Assembly (NCBI GenBank): GCA_964016885.1
Contig: OZ024742.1
Coordinates: forward strand, 309,256,001 to 309,320,000
From: Eledone cirrhosa
Taxonomy: Eukaryota
Direction: 5' to 3'
DNA: 64,000 nucleotides
A program made the position numbers and the translations under genes. Shown here piece by piece: positions 56,241 through 64,000 of the stretch. Below the pieces are notes generated by a model. It saw only the letters and a program-made list of their open reading frames with translations, searched no databases and was not told the DNA's origin. Each line of letters opens with the position of its first letter. The stretch's first letter is position 1.

Positions 56241-57638
56241 CAAGAAAATAACCGCCTGACTAGCACGCAACATGGCTTCGGCCCAGGAAGAAGCTGCCTT
56301 ACACAGCTGCTACATAACTACGACTGGGTACTGAGACAACTACTAGACAGCTCACATGTAGACGTGATATATCTTGACTTTGCGAAGGCCTTTGACAAGG
56401 TCGACCACGGAATGATATGTCACAAACTACACGGACTCGGCATAACTGGAAAAGTAGGTGAGTGGCTGCATGGCTTCCTAAGGGACAGAAGCCAGGCAGT
56501 CGCAGCAAATGGGGCCCTCTCGAGGAAACACCGATAACAAGTGGGGTGCCTCAGGGGACAGTCCTGGGACCACTACTGTTTTTGGTGGCTCTCTCGGACA
56601 TGCCCTCTGTGGTGCATGCAACAACATCCCTCACTGCTGATGACACTAAGGTAGCACAGGCAATCAAAAACCCGGCTGACGCTGCCCTCTTACAGCAGGA
56701 TCTGGATGCCATATACAGATGGGCGGAAGAAAACAACATGCAGTTTAATGCTGGCAAATTCCAAGCCCTACAATACAAACCTGCAAACACAAACACAAAC
56801 ACAAATATAGCGGAACACAGCTACACAGGACCAGGAGGGACCGATATCCCCGTGTTAAAATCGATACGAGACCTGGGCATAGACATGAGCGATGATGCAT
56901 CTTTTTCTTCACACATCATGAAGGTGGCGACAGCATGTAGACGATTCGCTGGCTGGATTTTGAGGACTTTCCTTACAAGAGATCGAGACACCATGTTGAC
57001 ACTGTGGAGGACTTTTGTCCTAAGCCGCCTGGACTACTGCTCCCAGCTGTGGTCACACCATAGTGTCAAACTAACCACAGAGCTTGAGGCAATCCAGCGA
57101 AGCTACACCAAGAGGATTGCCAAGATGAGGGAGACAAGCTACTGGGAGAGGCTGAAGGAACTGAACCTCTACTCCTTGGAGCGAAGACGGGAGAGATACG
57201 CAGTGATCTACATGTGGAAAATCCTGGAGGGACTAGCACCAAACTTTGGCATTGGGAGCTGGACCAACCGTCGAACAGGACGTCACTGTGTGGTGCCAAA
57301 GGTCCCGTCTTCCACATCTAGAATAAGGAGCAGGTATTGCAATAGCCTGGGATTCAAGGGCCCTCAACTCTTCAACAGGCTGCCGAGGCATCTGCGAGAC
57401 TTGCATGACGTGGAGGTGGATGTCTTTAAGAAACATCTCGACACCTTGTTATCCAGGATCCCGGATGAGCCCACAGCAAGACACGAGGGAAACCTAAGGG
57501 CAGCAGCAACAAACTCCCTCCTACACCAGTGGCCAACCTATACAGGCTAGAGATAAAATGTGTGGCAACAAGGGCGGTGCCCCAGCATGGCCTCAGCCGG
57601 ATGGCTGAAACAGGTAAAAGAGTAAAAGAGTAAAAGAA
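56241..57638 (+). mobile_element. 5'-truncated CR1-group LINE (RT C-terminal part)
   Basis: [53 protein letters not shown]; 8-bp tandem tail (AAAAGAGT)n; flanked by TA. Confidence 0.92.
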
Positions 57639-57657
57639 TATATACATATATATATAC

Positions 57658-57688
<31 letters not shown>

Positions 57689-57701
57689 CATATATATATA
57701 C

Positions 57702-57732
<31 letters not shown>

Positions 57733-57749
57733 CATATATATATATATAC

Positions 57750-57780
<31 letters not shown>

Positions 57781-57797
57781 CATACATATATATATAC

Positions 57798-57844
<47 letters not shown>

Positions 57845-57891
57845 CATGTATATATATATATACATATACATATATATATATATACATATAC

Positions 57892-57924
<33 letters not shown>

Positions 57925-58183
57925 CATATATATATACATATATATATACATACATATATATATATATATATACATATATATATACATATATATATACATA
58001 TACATATATATATATATACATATACATATATATACATATACATATATATATATATATACATATATATATACATATATATATACATATACATATATATATA
58101 TACATATACATATATATACATATACATATATATATATATACATATACATATATATATATACATATACATATATATACATATAC

Positions 58184-58230
<47 letters not shown>

Positions 58231-58247
58231 CATATATATGTATATAC

Positions 58248-58279
<32 letters not shown>

Positions 58280-58333
58280 ACATATATATATACATATATA
58301 TATACATATATATATATATACTTATATATATAC

Positions 58334-58400
<67 letters not shown>

Positions 58401-60677
58401 CAAGAAGGGAAGCTGAGGAAAGAAAGTTCAAGCATGTTCTACAACGCGATGACCAAAAACGTGAGGTGTTCAGGATTGCCAGGCAATGCGTCAAGGAAAA
58501 CCGTGATATTGTCGGGGAGAAGTGTGTACTTAACGATGACGGCATACTTGCCATCACCGACACTGATAAGAAGGTAGCTTGGAAGTGTCACTATGAAAGG
58601 CTACTAAATGAGGAGAATAAATGGGAGAAAGACAGTCTCCCCCATATCGACCCGATAGAGGGACCAGCAGTGTTAGTCGAGGGGAGTATAATAAGTAAGG
58701 CAATCAAGGATATGAAGACGGGTAAGGCGGCTGGGCCTTCGGAAATAGTTGCTGAGATGCTGAAGGCATCTGGCACGGTGGGACACACCATGGTCACCCG
58801 CATAGTTAACCAAGTCGTACAGAATGGGGTTGTTCCGGAGGACTGGCATAGCAGCATCATCGTTAACTGTTATAAGGGTAAAGGAGACGCCCTAGATAGG
58901 AGTAACTATAGAGGTATTAAATTAATCGACCAGGTCATGAAGGTCACGGAAAAAGTAATAGCGCAACTAATCAGAGAGAGAATTGACCTAGATGAAATGC
59001 AGTTCGGGTTTGTGTCAGGCAAAAGCACCACAGACGCCCTTTTCATAGTACGACAACTACAGGAGAAGTACCTAGCTAAAGGTAGACCCCTCTACTTAGC
59101 ATTTGTCGACCTGGAGAAAGCCTTCGACAGAGTCCCCCGCTCCATTATCTGGTGGGCTCTTAGAAAACTAGGCGTTGACGAATGGCTTGTGAGGGCTATA
59201 CAAGCCATGTATAAAGAAACAGTCAGCAAGGTTAGAATTAACAACGAATATAGTGAAGAGTTTAGCGTAAAAGTTGGCGTCCATCAGGGCTCTGTTCTCA
59301 GCCCCCTACTATTTATTATTGCCCTTCAGGCTATAACAGAGGAGTTCAAGACAGGCTGCCCATGGGAACTCCTATACGCAGACGACCTGACACTCATAGC
59401 GGAATCAATGGCCGAGCTAGAGAAGAAATTCCAAACATGGAAGCACGGCCTAGAGTCAAAAGGACTTAAAATTAACCTGGCTAAGACAAAAGTTCTAGTT
59501 TGTAGGAAAGAAAACAAGGCGGCGGTCCCTTCTGGGAAATGGTCGTGCTCGGTGTGTAGGAAAGGCGTAGGTAGAAACTCCATTTTATGTCCTAAATGCA
59601 AAGTATGGGTGCATAAAAGATGTAGTGGGATCACAGGTAAGCTAACTAAGAACATAGATTTTACATGTGGCCGGTGTTCTGGTGCAATAAGTAGCAGCAA
59701 GTGCCCACAAAATACTAGCTCTTTCAATTGCGCAGAGGGTTCTATAGAAATAGTGGACAGCTTCCGTTACCTGGGCGATAAAATCAGCAGTGGGGGAGGG
59801 TGCTCTGAAAGTACTGTAGCTAGAGTCAGAACTGGTTGGAAAAAGTTCAGAGAGCTTATACCACTATTAGCTGCTAAAGGGTTCTCCCTAAAAATGAAAG
59901 GCAGGTTGTACGATGCCTGCATACGAACAGCAATGTTGCATGGTAGTGAGACCTGGGCATTGTGTGCAGAGGATATACGCAGACTAGAGAGGAACGAAGC
60001 TTGCATGCTGCGCTGGATGTGTAACAGTAATATACGTGAACGGCAAAGCATAAACGAACTAAGGAAAAAATTAGAGATAAGAGGGATCAGATGTTGTTTA
60101 CTCGAGAGAAAGCTGCGTTGGTATGGACACGTGATGCGCATGAAAGTCGATAGCTGTATAACAAAGTGCAGGGCAATAAAGATAGACGGTAGCCACGGAA
60201 TAGGCAGACCTAGAAAAACATGGGATGAGCTGATAAACTCCGACCTCACACACTTACACCTCTCCAAGACAATGTCACTGGACCGAGACCTTTGACGGTA
60301 CTCAGTAACAGAGAAGACCCGCCTTGCCAGTAGGCATCTCTAACAAAATACACCCCGTCCCGCCACCACCCCCACCCCATCCACACCACCCCGTTCTATG
60401 TAAAGTTATGTTGGTGCCGCGCCATCCAGGCCGAAACAAATGAGATCGTGTAGGTGTCACGACAAAAAAACACACAGTCCACGCTGTAATGTGGCCGTGT
60501 AGGCAACACGGTAAAAACCTCCCAGACGCACACTGTAAATGTGGTTGGTGTTAGGAAGGGCATCCAACTGTAGAAAACCTGCCAGACAGTCCTATGCGAG
60601 CTTGCCTCAAGTGGGACTACCCCCGTCCAAACCCATGCAAGCGTGGAACACGGACGTTAAACGTTGATGATGATGAT
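58401..60677 (+). mobile_element. young 5'-truncated RTE LINE with open RT frame
   Basis: Continuous frame from RREAEERKF to a premature TGA at 60293-60295; shares diagnostic 3' deletion and substitutions with the 30617 copy. Confidence 0.97.
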
Positions 60678-63408
<2,731 letters not shown>

Positions 63409-63409
<1 letters not shown>

Positions 63410-64000
63410 CGTTATTCCGGGTTGAATCGGAGGTAACCACAGTAAGTAAGGTACTCAATACATTGCAGAGTATAAAAGTTTTAATATAGATGAGATTCTA
63501 CAGGACTAGAACTGTTTCATTCTTTAGAAATCATCAGGAATCTGGGTATCAAAAAATAAGTATGGTATTTATACAAGTGGTAGGAGAGGGTGGGGAGTGG
63601 GATGGGTGTAGGTCATTGGTTGATAGAAAAGGGAATTCATTAAAAGCTAATTCTACAAAGCTATAGTTTATTTTTATTTTTATTTTTATTTATTTTTGTT
63701 TTTAGAGTAACAAAGGCAGACAGAATTCTATAAACAGGTTCAGGATGGCATGCCATTCCTTATTATTAAGTTTCTCTTAAGCTAACTGGTGTCTATAAGA
63801 TCAGTGGGGGGTCAGTCATGGTAGATAGATTTAAAGGAAAGGGAGATTCTTTAATAGCTAAAATCATTAAGGTTCTACTAAGTGAAGAAGGTTTAGAGAA
63901 TTCTGTAGACAAATTCAGAATATTAAGTGCGTATCTTACAATAATCCTCAAATTACTCTTAAACTATTCAACTATATGCCAAAAAACAATAGACACATTC
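63409..64000 (-). mobile_element. second copy of the Penelope-like terminal fragment
   Basis: Colinear with 26790-27390; runs off the window. Confidence 0.7.
63493..63543 (-). ncRNA. type-I hammerhead ribozyme
   Basis: AGAUUC-CUGAUGA-U-UUC-uaaa-GAA-U-GAAA, stem III ACAG/CUGU perfect, GUA, GAAUCU. Confidence 0.8.

Noticed and set aside
56241-58405. 5' junctions reading TA|CAAG at several insertions (26676, 49080, 56241, 58401)
   Set aside because: Too few cases and other junctions differ; could be chance or microhomology

Overview
AT-rich, repeat-saturated animal genomic DNA. The SINE/RTE families and huge (TA)n arrays suggest a cephalopod, probably Octopus (inference). No intact host gene is evident apart from a weak candidate first exon near 9.5-9.6 kb. 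Bases 1-26 kb are a patchwork of decayed transposons: RTE LINEs, tRNA-derived SINEs, mariner, Tigger/pogo, Helitron, CRE-like and hAT/MITE remnants. Bases 26.6-64 kb are a very large interrupted (TA)n/(TACA)n microsatellite field. It carries young RTE LINEs (APE-RT with an inserted C4HC3 finger), one CR1-type LINE, and many short non-coding islands. The nearly 100 YI-rich ORFs there are microsatellite artefacts. The main hidden signal is RNA structure. By manual folding, about ten of the short islands contain type-I hammerhead ribozyme motifs (CUGANGA...GAAA...NUH with stems I-III), typical of Penelope-like elements and retrozymes. These include a head-to-tail dimer of ~500-nt units with one ribozyme each (candidate non-LTR retrozyme/circRNA source, 52989-53930) and a ~110-bp ribozyme-only island. 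Several inverted (fold-back) duplications lie next to these ribozyme islands. All structures were folded by eye; no searches were run.
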